DNA of 64,000 nucleotides, from NCBI GenBank assembly GCA_902785135.1, contig CACZXL010000001.1, positions 2,109 to 66,108 of the forward strand, read 5' to 3'. Shown one piece after another: positions 7,212-16,959 of the stretch; position 1 is the first letter of the stretch; every line of letters starts with the position of its first letter. Source of the stretch: an uncultured Erysipelotrichaceae bacterium (GTDB taxonomy: Bacteria; Bacillota_I; Bacilli_A; RF39; UBA660). The notes below the pieces were generated by a model. It was not told the origin of the DNA and ran no database searches. It saw nothing but the letters and a program-made list of their open reading frames with translations. Both the position numbers and the translations under genes were made by a program.

Positions 7212-8288
7212 TTATTTTTTCTTATTTGTCTTAAATTTATTCTTAATATTCTCTTGTATTTTTTTTCTATCAAACACAATATTAGTAGTTAAAACAATCC
7301 AAGATATTATTACTAATAATATAGCATATAGTATTTGACCTAGTTTTGAATTTTGTAATACATATACTATTGATGCCGCTGAGAATAATATTTGAATTAA
7401 ATATATTATTAATACTGTTTTAGTTTGATTTCCAGATAATTTTAATATTTGATGATGAAAATGTTCTTTGTCTGCTTTAGCAAAAGATTCTTTTTTTAGT
7501 ATTCTTCTTATAATCGCAAATAATGTATCTAATATAGGAATTGCTAATATTAATACAGGAACAATAAATGATGTTAATGTAACGTTTTTAAATCCTAATA
7601 AAGATATTACTGCAATTATATAACCCAAAAACATTGATCCACTATCACCCATAAATATTTTTGCTGGATGAAAGTTATATACTAAGAATCCTAAAGTAGC
7701 TCCTATCATTATTAATGATAATGAAGCATCTAATCCATTATAAATACCCATTATACTTATTATTATAGATATTGTTATAAAGAAGATAGTTGCTATTCCA
7801 CCAGCTAACCCATCTAAACCATCTATTAAATTTAAACAGTTAATTATTCCTAAAATAAATATAATAGTAAATGGTCTAGCTAATAAACCAAAATTAATAT
7901 ATAGTCCATAAGCTGAGATATCTTGCATAACTACATTACCATAATATACTACTATAATTGCTGCTATTAATTGACCACAAAACTTTGATATAGCTCTTAT
8001 TGGATTAATATCATCTATCATACCAACAATTATTAAAATAAATCCACCTATTAAAATAGATATCATTTGAGGAGTTTGTGAACAGAATAACATATATCCT
8101 AAAAGAAAACCTGCAAATATTCCTAAACCTCCTAATCTAGGCATAGGTTTTTTATGAACTTTTCTTTCATTTGGTATATCTAATGCATTTACTTTTTCTG
8201 CAATTTTCATTACAACTGGCATTATTAATACAACAAATAAAAATACTACTAATATTATTTTTGCATTATTTAAAATATTACTACTCAT
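7212..8288 (-). CDS. tagO: Undecaprenyl-phosphate GlcNAc-1-phosphate transferase (TagO/WecA, glycosyltransferase family 4)
   Basis: DIPNERKVHKKPMPRLGGLGI, GMIDD, NLIDGLDGLAG, KIFMGDSGSMFLG. Confidence 0.9.
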   Translation of the reverse strand: MSSNILNNAKIILVVFLFVVLIMPVVMKIAEKVNALDIPNERKVHKKPMPRLGGLGIFAGFLLGYMLFCSQTPQMISILIGGFILIIVGMIDDINPIRAISKFCGQLIAAIIVVYYGNVVMQDISAYGLYINFGLLARPFTIIFILGIINCLNLIDGLDGLAGGIATIFFITISIIISIMGIYNGLDASLSLIMIGATLGFLVYNFHPAKIFMGDSGSMFLGYIIAVISLLGFKNVTLTSFIVPVLILAIPILDTLFAIIRRILKKESFAKADKEHFHHQILKLSGNQTKTVLIIYLIQILFSAASIVYVLQNSKLGQILYAILLVIISWIVLTTNIVFDRKKIQENIKNKFKTNKKK

Positions 8289-8342
8289 TTTAATCACCTA
8301 TTTTAATTATAACATAATTATTAAAAAAAATAAGTACTAGAC

Positions 8343-9332
8343 TTATTTTTCAATTAATTTAAGATTACTTAACATTATTCCTGTTCCATCTACTACACAA
8401 GTTAATGGAGATTCAGCTACTTTAACTGGTATCTTTAATTCTTCATTTAAAAGTTTATCTAATCCGTCTAACATTGCTCCTCCTCCAGTTAATACTACTC
8501 CATTTTCTACAATATCAGCGGATAATTCAGGTAAAGTAGTTTCTAATACATTTTTTGCACCATCTATTATTTCATATAGACTAGACTCAAGTGCTTCATA
8601 TATTTCTGAAGATACAATTGTTTTAGAACAAGGCAAACCAGTTTCAAGATTTCTTCCTTTAACTACTTTCTTTCTTTTTTTATCATCATTTATGGCAGAA
8701 CCTATTTCTATTTTTATTTCTTCTGCAGTTCTTTCACCTATTAATAACTTATATTTTTCTTTAATATAATCAATGATCTTTTGATCAAATATATTTCCTG
8801 CGACCTTTAAAGATTTACTTGTTACAATATCACCAAGTGATAAGATAGCTATATCTGTTGTTCCTCCTCCTATATCAATAACCATACTTCCATTAGGTTT
8901 TGATATATCTAAACCTGCACCTACTGCTGCTACTTTTGGTTCTTCTTCTATATAAACTTTCTTGGCACCAGTTACCTCTGCTACTTCTTTAATAGCTTCT
9001 TTTTCTACTTCTGTTATATTAGTTGGGCAACATATTAATATAGTTGGTTTCGAAAAAGTATTCTTAGCTTGTACTTTTTTTATAAAATGATTTAGCATAG
9101 CAACAGTTAATTCAAAATTTGCTATAACTCCATCTTGTAAAGGCTTAATTGCTTCAACTTTTCCAGGAGTTCTACCAAGCATTTTATATGCATCTTCACC
9201 TACTGCTAAAACTTTTTTAGAATTAGATTCAACAGCAACTACACTAGGTTCATTTAATACTATTCCTTCACCTTTAACATATATTAATATATTAGCAGTT
9301 CCTAAATCTATTCCTATATCTTTTCCAAACAT
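8343..9332 (-). CDS. mbl: MreB-family actin homologue (Mbl by synteny)
   Basis: DIGIDLGTAN, NEPSVVA, DIGGGTTDIA, LTGGGA; follows spoIIQ as in Bacillus. Confidence 0.9.
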   Translation of the reverse strand: MFGKDIGIDLGTANILIYVKGEGIVLNEPSVVAVESNSKKVLAVGEDAYKMLGRTPGKVEAIKPLQDGVIANFELTVAMLNHFIKKVQAKNTFSKPTILICCPTNITEVEKEAIKEVAEVTGAKKVYIEEEPKVAAVGAGLDISKPNGSMVIDIGGGTTDIAILSLGDIVTSKSLKVAGNIFDQKIIDYIKEKYKLLIGERTAEEIKIEIGSAINDDKKRKKVVKGRNLETGLPCSKTIVSSEIYEALESSLYEIIDGAKNVLETTLPELSADIVENGVVLTGGGAMLDGLDKLLNEELKIPVKVAESPLTCVVDGTGIMLSNLKLIEK

Positions 9333-9340
9333 ACTAACCT

Positions 9341-9970
9341 CTATATTTCTTTTATTTTCTTATTATAGTATTTTTCAGGATTAACATATTTACCTTCTTT
9401 AATTAATTCAAATAATAAAGAATTCTTTAAATTCACATCTAAACTAATTTCTCCACTTTTTCCTATTACCGTTCCTTGAGTTACTTTATCATTCTTTTTA
9501 ACATTAATAGATTTTAATCCTTGATATGTACTAATTAAATTATCATCATGTTTAATTTCAACTACATATCCTAATATATTATCTTTTTTAACTTCTATAA
9601 CATCTCCGTCTAATACAGATAAAACATTAAATTCTGAATCTGAATTATAAAGTACACCTGAATTTTGCATATAAGTATTATTATAATAAATTATAGAATC
9701 CTCTTTATTTTGTTCTGAATCATAGAACTTTTTATATACAGTAACCTTATTAGAATCAAATGGTTTTAAAATAATCTTATCTTCATTCAAAGTTGGAATA
9801 ACTTTATTAATAATACTATCGTTGACATATGTATATTGTTGATTTAATTCAGTTTTTATTTCTGGTTCACTACTTAAAGATAATAAAGTAATTATTAACC
9901 CAGAAAACAATATTGCGCTAAATACAGGAACAACAAATCCTTTTAATCTTCTCTTTTTCAATTTATTCAC
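9341..9970 (-). CDS. spoIIQ: SpoIIQ-like degenerate M23/LytM protein
   Basis: N-terminal TM; QNSGVLY, GYVVEIKH..STYQGL (degenerate HxH), VTQGTVIGKSG, LLFELIKEGKYVNPE; spoIID-spoIIQ-mbl synteny. Confidence 0.8.
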   Translation of the reverse strand: MNKLKKRRLKGFVVPVFSAILFSGLIITLLSLSSEPEIKTELNQQYTYVNDSIINKVIPTLNEDKIILKPFDSNKVTVYKKFYDSEQNKEDSIIYYNNTYMQNSGVLYNSDSEFNVLSVLDGDVIEVKKDNILGYVVEIKHDDNLISTYQGLKSINVKKNDKVTQGTVIGKSGEISLDVNLKNSLLFELIKEGKYVNPEKYYNKKIKEI

Positions 9971-10006
9971 CTCATTTAAATAATGGATAATAAATTAAAA
10001 AATATA

Positions 10007-10939
10007 CTATAATTTTTTTATTTCTGTACCTTGATAATAATATTTTATTATTTCTTGATATTTTTTATTTCTTTTTGCTAATGCATTTGCACCGTACTGA
10101 CTCATACCTACTCCATGACCAAACCCTTTTGTAGTTATTAATATATTATTTGATTCTTCAATAGTAAAATCATTGGATCTTAAACCTAGCTTTTTTTGAA
10201 ATTCTCTACCTTTAAAAGAAATACCATTAATATTAATACTTAGAACTCTATTAGATTCAGATCTTTTAATATTATCAACAATTAAAGAATCTTTATATGG
10301 AATTTCTAATTTATTATAAAAATCTTCTTTTAAAAATTCTTTTGTTACTTCAAAGGAATCTGTTTCTTCTTCATCAAAACTACTATCAACAGATTTAAGA
10401 TAAGGCAAATCTTCTCCAAAAACATTTATATTATCTTCTGTTTTTCCATTACTTGTTGAAAAGAAAAAAGCATAAATATAATCATCATTATAAGAAATAT
10501 ATTCTCCTTTGGTAGAATTCACTATATTTTTAATCTTATTATAATTTTCCTCATATTTATTTCCCCATCTTTCTTTTAATTCCTCATTTGTAGAATAAAC
10601 TTGAGATGAAGTATCATCAGTAACATCATATTCTTTATCAATATTGTTTTCAATTTGTTTTAAAGCATATGTTCTTGCCGCTACTGCCTGTGCTTTTAAT
10701 GCCTCTTCTTCAAAATATAAAGGCACTTCTGATGATACAACTCCCACTAGATAATCTTCTAAATCTAAATTATCCACAGTATTATTGCTTTTTAAAATTC
10801 TAATATTTATTTTTTTTGATTCAACATTATTTGAATTAAAACCAGATAGTTTTGTAGTTATTTTATAAGAATAAAAAAAGTTAATAACCAAAAATGGAAT
10901 ACTAACTACTAACACAATAAAAAGAAGTAATCTTTTCAT
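10007..10939 (-). CDS. spoIID: Stage II sporulation protein D (lytic transglycosylase)
   Basis: LEDYLVGVVSSEVP..EEALKAQAVAARTYA, FFSTSNGKTE, GFGHGVGMSQYGA..YYQGT. Confidence 0.93.
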   Translation of the reverse strand: MKRLLLFIVLVVSIPFLVINFFYSYKITTKLSGFNSNNVESKKINIRILKSNNTVDNLDLEDYLVGVVSSEVPLYFEEEALKAQAVAARTYALKQIENNIDKEYDVTDDTSSQVYSTNEELKERWGNKYEENYNKIKNIVNSTKGEYISYNDDYIYAFFFSTSNGKTEDNINVFGEDLPYLKSVDSSFDEEETDSFEVTKEFLKEDFYNKLEIPYKDSLIVDNIKRSESNRVLSININGISFKGREFQKKLGLRSNDFTIEESNNILITTKGFGHGVGMSQYGANALAKRNKKYQEIIKYYYQGTEIKKL

Positions 10940-10954
10940 ATATATCACCAATAT

Positions 10955-10981
10955 AATATATGTTAATTACTTCTTTCATAT
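10955..10981 (-). promoter_or_regulatory. Possible SigE-type promoter of spoIID
   Basis: ATA-N16-CATATATT, 15 nt upstream of the start; weak evidence in AT-rich DNA. Confidence 0.4.
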
Positions 10982-11397
10982 TCACTTATTTTATTAATTC
11001 TTCTAATATGTCTTTCTTCTTCACTAAATTTTGTTTCTATAAAATTTGAAACAATTTTAATAGCTCTTTCTTTATTAATACTAGCCGATAAAGATATAAC
11101 ATTTGCATTATTATCTTTTTTTGTATATATTGCATCTTTTATACTATTTACCTTAGCACATCTAATTCCTTTAACTTTATTACATGCGATAGATATTCCT
11201 ATACCACTTCCACATATAACTAAACCTAAACAATTATTTTTAACCACATATTCACCTAATTTAAATGCATAATCTGGGTAATCTCCAGATTCCTTACTAT
11301 TAGTACCTAAATCAACAATATCATAACCTTTTAAATGTTTTTTTAGATACTCTTTTAATTCATATCCTCTATGATCAGAGGCAAAAGCTATTTTCAT
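10963..11397 (-). CDS. rpiB: Ribose-5-phosphate isomerase B
   Basis: IAFASDHRGYELK, DYPDYA, ICGSGIGISIACNKVKGIRCA, ERHIRRI. Confidence 0.93.
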   Translation of the reverse strand: MKIAFASDHRGYELKEYLKKHLKGYDIVDLGTNSKESGDYPDYAFKLGEYVVKNNCLGLVICGSGIGISIACNKVKGIRCAKVNSIKDAIYTKKDNNANVISLSASINKERAIKIVSNFIETKFSEEERHIRRINKISEYERSN

Positions 11398-11442
11398 ATA
11401 ATCACCAATTTTATTATACAAAAAAATTAGACATAAGTCTAA

Positions 11443-11655
11443 TTATTTTTCTTCTTTATTTAAACCATATTTAGCATTAAATTTTTCTACATTACCCTTT
11501 TTAGATGCTCTTACTTGTTTTCCTGTATAAAATGGATGACATTCTGAACAAACTTCTACGTGAATTTCATTTTTTGTAGACTTTGTATCAAATGTTGCTC
11601 CACAAGCACAAATAACTTTGCAATCTTGATATATTTCATTCTTTTCTTTTGCCAC
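11443..11655 (-). CDS. rpmE: 50S ribosomal protein L31, Zn-ribbon type
   Basis: [21 protein letters not shown]; GTG start. Confidence 0.93.
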   Translation of the reverse strand: MAKEKNEIYQDCKVICACGATFDTKSTKNEIHVEVCSECHPFYTGKQVRASKKGNVEKFNAKYGLNKEEK

Positions 11656-11760
11656 TTTATTTCTCTCCTCTCGCCATAACTAAATGTTATAGAATTTTTT
11701 CAAAAATCTATTATATTATAACAACATAAGTACTATAAATCAAGTAAAATATTTACTTAT

Positions 11761-13011
11761 TTACACTAATTCTACATCTGCACCTATTTTTCTAAGTTTA
11801 TCTACTATATTTTCATATCCTCTTAAAATATAATCAGCATTGTTAATTGTAGTAGTTCCTTCAGCTAATAATGCAGCTACTACTAGACCTGCGCCTGCTC
11901 TTAGATCTGTTGCATTTATTTCAGTACCTTTTAATTTAGTAGGACCTGTTATGTATGCTTTACTACCATTAACTTCAATTTTTGCACCCATTTTTAGCAT
12001 TTCATATAGATTTAAGAATCTATTTTCCCAAATAGTTTCATCTATAGAAGATTCTCCTTTAGCTTGAGTCATTAATGAAGCCATAATTTGTTGTAAATCA
12101 GTTGGAAAACCTGGATAAACTAATGTTATTATTTCTGTTGCTTTTAGTCTCTTACTTTGTTTAACAGTAACACTATTCTTTCCAATTTTCATTTTAACAT
12201 TCATTTCTTTTAATTTTTCTAATAAAGAATCTATATGTTTAGGAACTATATTCTTAACTACTAAGTTTTTAGCACAAGCTGCACCTAAAATAATATATGT
12301 TCCTGCTTCTATTCTATCCGGTAATACTGTATGAGTACATGATTTTAAATAATCTACACCTTCTATTGTAATAATGTCTGTCCCAGCACCTTTAATCTTT
12401 GCTCCCATTGCATTTAAATATTCAGCTATATTAGGAATTTCAGGCTCTTTTGCAGCATTCTTTATAATAGTAGTACCTTTTGCTCTAACAGCTGCTAACA
12501 TAATATTAATTGTAGCACCAACAGATGCAAAGTCTAAATATATATCAGCACCAGTTAACTCATCAGCATCTAATATTATATTTTCATCATCACCTGATAC
12601 TTTAGCACCTAAAGCTTTAAAACCTTTTAAGTGTAAATCAATTGGTCTTTTACCTATTGAACATCCTCCAGGAAAACTCATTTCTACATGTTTATATTTT
12701 CCCAATAAAGCTCCCATAAAATAATAAGACGCTCTTAATTTCTTAGCTAATTCTTCGTCAATAGGTTTATTGTTAATAGAACCAGAATGAATAACAACTT
12801 CTCCATTATTCTTTCTATCAATTTTGGCATCTAAATGAATTAAAATTTCTTCTAATGCATCAACATCAGAAATATTTGGAACATTAGAAATAGTAACATC
12901 TTCATCACATAATAAAGCAGCAGGAATTAAAGCAACAGCACAATTCTTTGCACCACTAATACTTATTTCTCCCTTTAATTCCTTATTACCATTAATAATT
13001 AATTTATGCAT
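11761..13011 (-). CDS. murA: UDP-N-acetylglucosamine 1-carboxyvinyltransferase
   Basis: SGAKN, RASYY, FPGGCSIGKRPIDLH (catalytic Cys), PDRIEAGT, PGFPTDLQ, TDLRAGA. Confidence 0.96.
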   Translation of the reverse strand: MHKLIINGNKELKGEISISGAKNCAVALIPAALLCDEDVTISNVPNISDVDALEEILIHLDAKIDRKNNGEVVIHSGSINNKPIDEELAKKLRASYYFMGALLGKYKHVEMSFPGGCSIGKRPIDLHLKGFKALGAKVSGDDENIILDADELTGADIYLDFASVGATINIMLAAVRAKGTTIIKNAAKEPEIPNIAEYLNAMGAKIKGAGTDIITIEGVDYLKSCTHTVLPDRIEAGTYIILGAACAKNLVVKNIVPKHIDSLLEKLKEMNVKMKIGKNSVTVKQSKRLKATEIITLVYPGFPTDLQQIMASLMTQAKGESSIDETIWENRFLNLYEMLKMGAKIEVNGSKAYITGPTKLKGTEINATDLRAGAGLVVAALLAEGTTTINNADYILRGYENIVDKLRKIGADVELV

Positions 13012-13153
13012 AAAAAAAACCTCCCAGTCTTATTACATATTATGACTAAAAGCATAATTTGTTAACAATATTTTATCACAAAGATTTAATAAAAAAAAGA
13101 GATTAAATACATAATCTCTCTTTTTTAAACCCCTTTTTAATATTAACTTCTAA

Positions 13154-14356
13154 TTAAGCATTTAAAACTAATTTTCTAGTTCCATTTAATGAAGAAGTTT
13201 TATTGTTTGTAATGATTTCATTAAGCTTATCATGAGCTTGTCTCTTTCTATTACAATCAATTCTTTCATATTGATAATATTCCATAGTTGATAAGAATAT
13301 AGCATAATCAATAATAATATTTGAATGTTCTATAGATAATCCATATTCAGCAGCTATTTCTTCAGCTTCAGGTGTTCTACCTTCATAATATGATGTACTA
13401 ACATCCTCAGCTACTTTATTAATATCAAAACCATATATAACGCTGTCTTCTTTTTGTACTTCTTCTTTTAGATTTTCAATTAAATCTTCTATTTTTCTTT
13501 CTTCATTAGATGCATTAATCTTGATTTCATCTATACCATCGTTACCTTCGATATAAATTACTTGTGGTTGCATTGCACCAGCCATTCTTAATGCATATTT
13601 ATGTTGATCAGAAATAACAAATAAGAATCCGTTAACTGTTGAACTTGATAAACCTGTATCATCGTTATTAAAATCAGTTACTTCGTTCTTTTTAATGAAT
13701 GCGTTAATACTATCTATATCGAAAGTTCTACTTTCATTCATTAATTTTCTTTGTTTTTCTAATTCATCTTCCCATTCTTTAGTCTTTCTAGCAGTTATTT
13801 TACCACCAGAAATATTTTGATCTATAAAGTCAGATATTTTAGGAATTTCTGGAATAATTATTCCATCATCTTCTGGTTTAATATCACCATTATTTATAGT
13901 ATTAATATTATCTATTTTTTGACTTACTTTATAAGGAAGCATAATTCTTTCAACATTACAATAAGCTAAAGCCATTTCATCTTCTGTGAATACTGGAGAT
14001 CCAGCTTCATCAGTATATTTATCATTGATAAAGAAAATCATATTTCTAATTTGATCTTTATCAATACCAGTTTCTTCATAGAATTCTTGGTATTTTTCAT
14101 AACTTTCATCTACAACTTTTTCTATAGAAGCATTATTAGTAATATCTAATCCATCAGTAACAACTTCTTCAGTTGTAGCTTCTGTTGTTACTACTTCAAT
14201 ATCTTCAGTTGTAGCTTCAGTAGTTGTTTGTGTTGCAGGAGCTGGAGTATCAGCTGTTTTAGTATTAGCTTTTCCACATCCAACTGGAGCGAAAGTTAAC
14301 ATTCCTGCAAGAATCATAGAAATTAATTTTTTATTTACTTTATTTCTTTTTTCCAT
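13154..14356 (-). CDS. Hypothetical exported protein or possible lipoprotein with a Thr/Glu-rich linker
   Basis: Signal-like KKLISMILAGMLTFAPVGC (non-canonical lipobox), TTTEATTE repeats, SD AAGGGGG. Confidence 0.75.
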   Translation of the reverse strand: MEKRNKVNKKLISMILAGMLTFAPVGCGKANTKTADTPAPATQTTTEATTEDIEVVTTEATTEEVVTDGLDITNNASIEKVVDESYEKYQEFYEETGIDKDQIRNMIFFINDKYTDEAGSPVFTEDEMALAYCNVERIMLPYKVSQKIDNINTINNGDIKPEDDGIIIPEIPKISDFIDQNISGGKITARKTKEWEDELEKQRKLMNESRTFDIDSINAFIKKNEVTDFNNDDTGLSSSTVNGFLFVISDQHKYALRMAGAMQPQVIYIEGNDGIDEIKINASNEERKIEDLIENLKEEVQKEDSVIYGFDINKVAEDVSTSYYEGRTPEAEEIAAEYGLSIEHSNIIIDYAIFLSTMEYYQYERIDCNRKRQAHDKLNEIITNNKTSSLNGTRKLVLNA

Positions 14357-14370
14357 AAATCATAACCCCC

Positions 14371-16044
14371 TTAAGCTCTATAAGTTAATGTATAAGCTCT
14401 ACCACCTACAGTAACTTCTCCTAATGTATTTTCTTCTTCTTCATCTTCATCAATAATAGTTGGTTCATAGAATGTGTCATCTGCTGGAATTTCTATATAT
14501 TGATCTTGATATTCATATTCATCATCTTCTGTATAAATAATAATAGGTGCATCAGTAGATGGGAATATTCTTTCTTCATCAGCTATTTTATTTTCTTCTG
14601 AAGTTGATGATTGATTATCAGTATTAGTATTTACATTTTCTTCTTCTTCGTCGTCTTCAATAGTTGTTGGTAACGAATTATCTGTATTTTCTTCTGAAGT
14701 TGATGATTGATTATTAGTATTATTATCATTTGTATTAGTATTTGTATTAGTTTCTGTACAATTTTCTTCTACTTTATTAATAATTTCATTTATTTTATCA
14801 GTATAATCATTTTCAGTACCATCATCTTCTATTTCTGTTGGTAATTCTGAATTATCATTCTTTTCTTCAGTAACAGTATCTTGTTTATCTTCATCTGTTC
14901 CTGAATATTCATCTTCAGTTTTATCTGAATTATCATCTATATTATATGTTTTTTCATCATCATCACTATCTGTTTCATCAATCTTATCTTTTGATGGAGT
15001 AGTGTCTGGAGGTGTTTGTTCTTCAGTTTTATCTTTTTTATCTTCGCCATCTCCAGTATATTCAGGTTCGTCCTTTTTCTTTTCATCTGTTACTTTATTA
15101 GTTTTTTCATCAGAATTTCCACCAGTCTCATCTATTTTCTTTTTTGATGGAGTAGTGTCTTTATTTTTGTTATCGTTATCATCTTTTTTATCTTTATCAT
15201 CTTTTTTATCTTTATCATCTTTGTCGTCTTTTTCATCTTCATTATTTTCAGGTGTATCTGGTGTATCATCTGGAATAATAATTACTTTTGGTTGTGGAAT
15301 TGTTTCTTCAGGATTATCTTTTGGTTCATTTTCTATTTCTTCTGGTAATACTTCTGTTGTAGTTGTTGTATTAGTGTTTTCTGTAGTATTTTCTGTATCA
15401 TTAGTAGTTACAGTTGAAGTATCATTTGGTCCTTCACTATTTCCACCTGGATTTGTAGTTGTAGTCTTGTTCTTATCATCTTCATTAGATTTTTCATCTT
15501 TTTTGTCATCTTTATTATCTATAGATGCTTTTTCAGTAGACTTATCTTTTGAATTATCCTTATTATTATCTTTAGTATCGTCTTTCTTTTCTTCTTCAGT
15601 AGTTTGATCTTGAGTAGTAGTTACAGTAGATTCATTACCTAAACCTCTATCCTTATTTTTATTATATAATTTAATACCACCAAATACTAAACCACCTAAT
15701 AAGACAGCAGTAAGACCTACTTTATACACTCTTCTTAATGCTACTTTTCTCTTTTGATGAATACCTGAATAATCTCCTGTAATTACATCATCAATTAATT
15801 TTTCGTTTTTAGCATATATTTTCTTTTGAGATAATAAATCTTTATAAGTACAATATTTTTTATAAGAAAGTTTACCTTGTTTTAACTTCTTTTCTAATTT
15901 TTTAGTACTTAACTTATTTAAGTAATCTCTTTGTTTAGCTAAATCTGCAGATAATTTTGTTAATTCTACAGCATTAGCCTCTGGATCTTTTGCTAATTTT
16001 TCAATTTCTAACATAATTGTTTCATATGTCTTTATTGTTTTCAT
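14371..16044 (-). CDS. Hypothetical single-TM protein with a long acidic, repeat-containing disordered tail
   Basis: Basic N-domain, TM GLTAVLLGGLVFGGIKLY, then D/E/T/N/K-rich region with duplicated DTTPSKxKIDET and NQSSTSEEN units; SD AAGGGGG. Confidence 0.8.
   Translation of the reverse strand: MKTIKTYETIMLEIEKLAKDPEANAVELTKLSADLAKQRDYLNKLSTKKLEKKLKQGKLSYKKYCTYKDLLSQKKIYAKNEKLIDDVITGDYSGIHQKRKVALRRVYKVGLTAVLLGGLVFGGIKLYNKNKDRGLGNESTVTTTQDQTTEEEKKDDTKDNNKDNSKDKSTEKASIDNKDDKKDEKSNEDDKNKTTTTNPGGNSEGPNDTSTVTTNDTENTTENTNTTTTTEVLPEEIENEPKDNPEETIPQPKVIIIPDDTPDTPENNEDEKDDKDDKDKKDDKDKKDDNDNKNKDTTPSKKKIDETGGNSDEKTNKVTDEKKKDEPEYTGDGEDKKDKTEEQTPPDTTPSKDKIDETDSDDDEKTYNIDDNSDKTEDEYSGTDEDKQDTVTEEKNDNSELPTEIEDDGTENDYTDKINEIINKVEENCTETNTNTNTNDNNTNNQSSTSEENTDNSLPTTIEDDEEEENVNTNTDNQSSTSEENKIADEERIFPSTDAPIIIYTEDDEYEYQDQYIEIPADDTFYEPTIIDEDEEEENTLGEVTVGGRAYTLTYRA
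14591..14714. repeat. 28-bp direct repeat inside the acidic protein gene
   Basis: TTTTCTTCTGAAGTTGATGATTGATTAT at 14591-14618 and 14687-14714. Confidence 0.85.
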
Positions 16045-16074
16045 AGTATTTCCCCCTTCGAATAAACGTGCTCT

Positions 16075-16103
16075 ATACTAACATAATTTATTTTATTTGT
16101 CAA
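16075..16103 (-). promoter_or_regulatory. SigA promoter of the two-gene orphan operon
   Basis: TTGACA-N17-TAGTAT with extended -10 TG. Confidence 0.65.
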
Positions 16104-16149
16104 ATTTAAATAAGCCAATATTAAATATAAGGAAAAAAAAGAGGATTTT

Positions 16150-16959
16150 TTACTCCTCTTCATACTCATTACTTATCATAATAAATTCTTCAATTGTTAA
16201 TGATTCAGCCCTAACAGTTAAATCTTTTCCTAGTTTTTTTAAAGATTTTTCTATTTTTTCTAAATTATATCCTTTTAAATTATTTTTTAAATTTTTTCTT
16301 TTAAATTTAAAGGAATCTCTAACTATATTAAAGAATAATTCTTCATTATTTGCCTTATATTTATTAATTCTTTTAAATTCAATAATTGCGCTATCTACAT
16401 TTGGTTTTGGAACAAATGAATTTCTAGATACATCCATTAATTTTCTTATTTCAAAATAATAATTTAAGAATATAGTTAATGAATTATATTCTTTCGAATT
16501 TGGTTTTGCATTAAATCTATCTCCAACTTCTTTTTGAACCATAACTACTATCTTTTCCACAGGAATCTTATCTTCTATTAATTTAGTTATAATTGGAGTA
16601 GTTATATAGTAAGGTAAGTTCGCTACAACATATAATTTCTTAAAATCATACTTCTTTATATCATCAATAGGATTACTTTTAAGAAAATCAGTATATATTA
16701 TTTCAACATTTTCACGTGTTTCTAGTTGTTTATCTATTATTTCTTTTAACGATTCATCTATTTCATAACCTAAAACATTCTTTGCTTTTTCACTTATATA
16801 ATAAGTAAGATAAGCTGCTCCTATACCGATTTCTATTACTAATGTATCTTTATCAACTTCTGATTTTGTTACTATATTTCTTAATATATTTTCATCTTTT
16901 AAGAAATTTTGACCAAATTTTTTCTTAAAATTAAAATCTTTTATTAATTCTTGATTCAT
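16150..16959 (-). CDS. rsmA: 16S rRNA m6,6A dimethyltransferase
   Basis: KKKFGQNFL, VIEIGIG, VVANLPYYITTPI, FVPKPNVDSA. Confidence 0.96.
   Translation of the reverse strand: MNQELIKDFNFKKKFGQNFLKDENILRNIVTKSEVDKDTLVIEIGIGAAYLTYYISEKAKNVLGYEIDESLKEIIDKQLETRENVEIIYTDFLKSNPIDDIKKYDFKKLYVVANLPYYITTPIITKLIEDKIPVEKIVVMVQKEVGDRFNAKPNSKEYNSLTIFLNYYFEIRKLMDVSRNSFVPKPNVDSAIIEFKRINKYKANNEELFFNIVRDSFKFKRKNLKNNLKGYNLEKIEKSLKKLGKDLTVRAESLTIEEFIMISNEYEEE

Noticed and set aside
15002-15607. 201-aa plus-strand ORF (Ser/Phe/Val-rich)
   Set aside because: Antisense shadow of the D/E/K/T low-complexity gene; no SD.
16708-16723. Additional parS inside rsmA (TTCACGTG core)
   Set aside because: The right arm (TTTCT) does not match GAAACA; not a palindrome.
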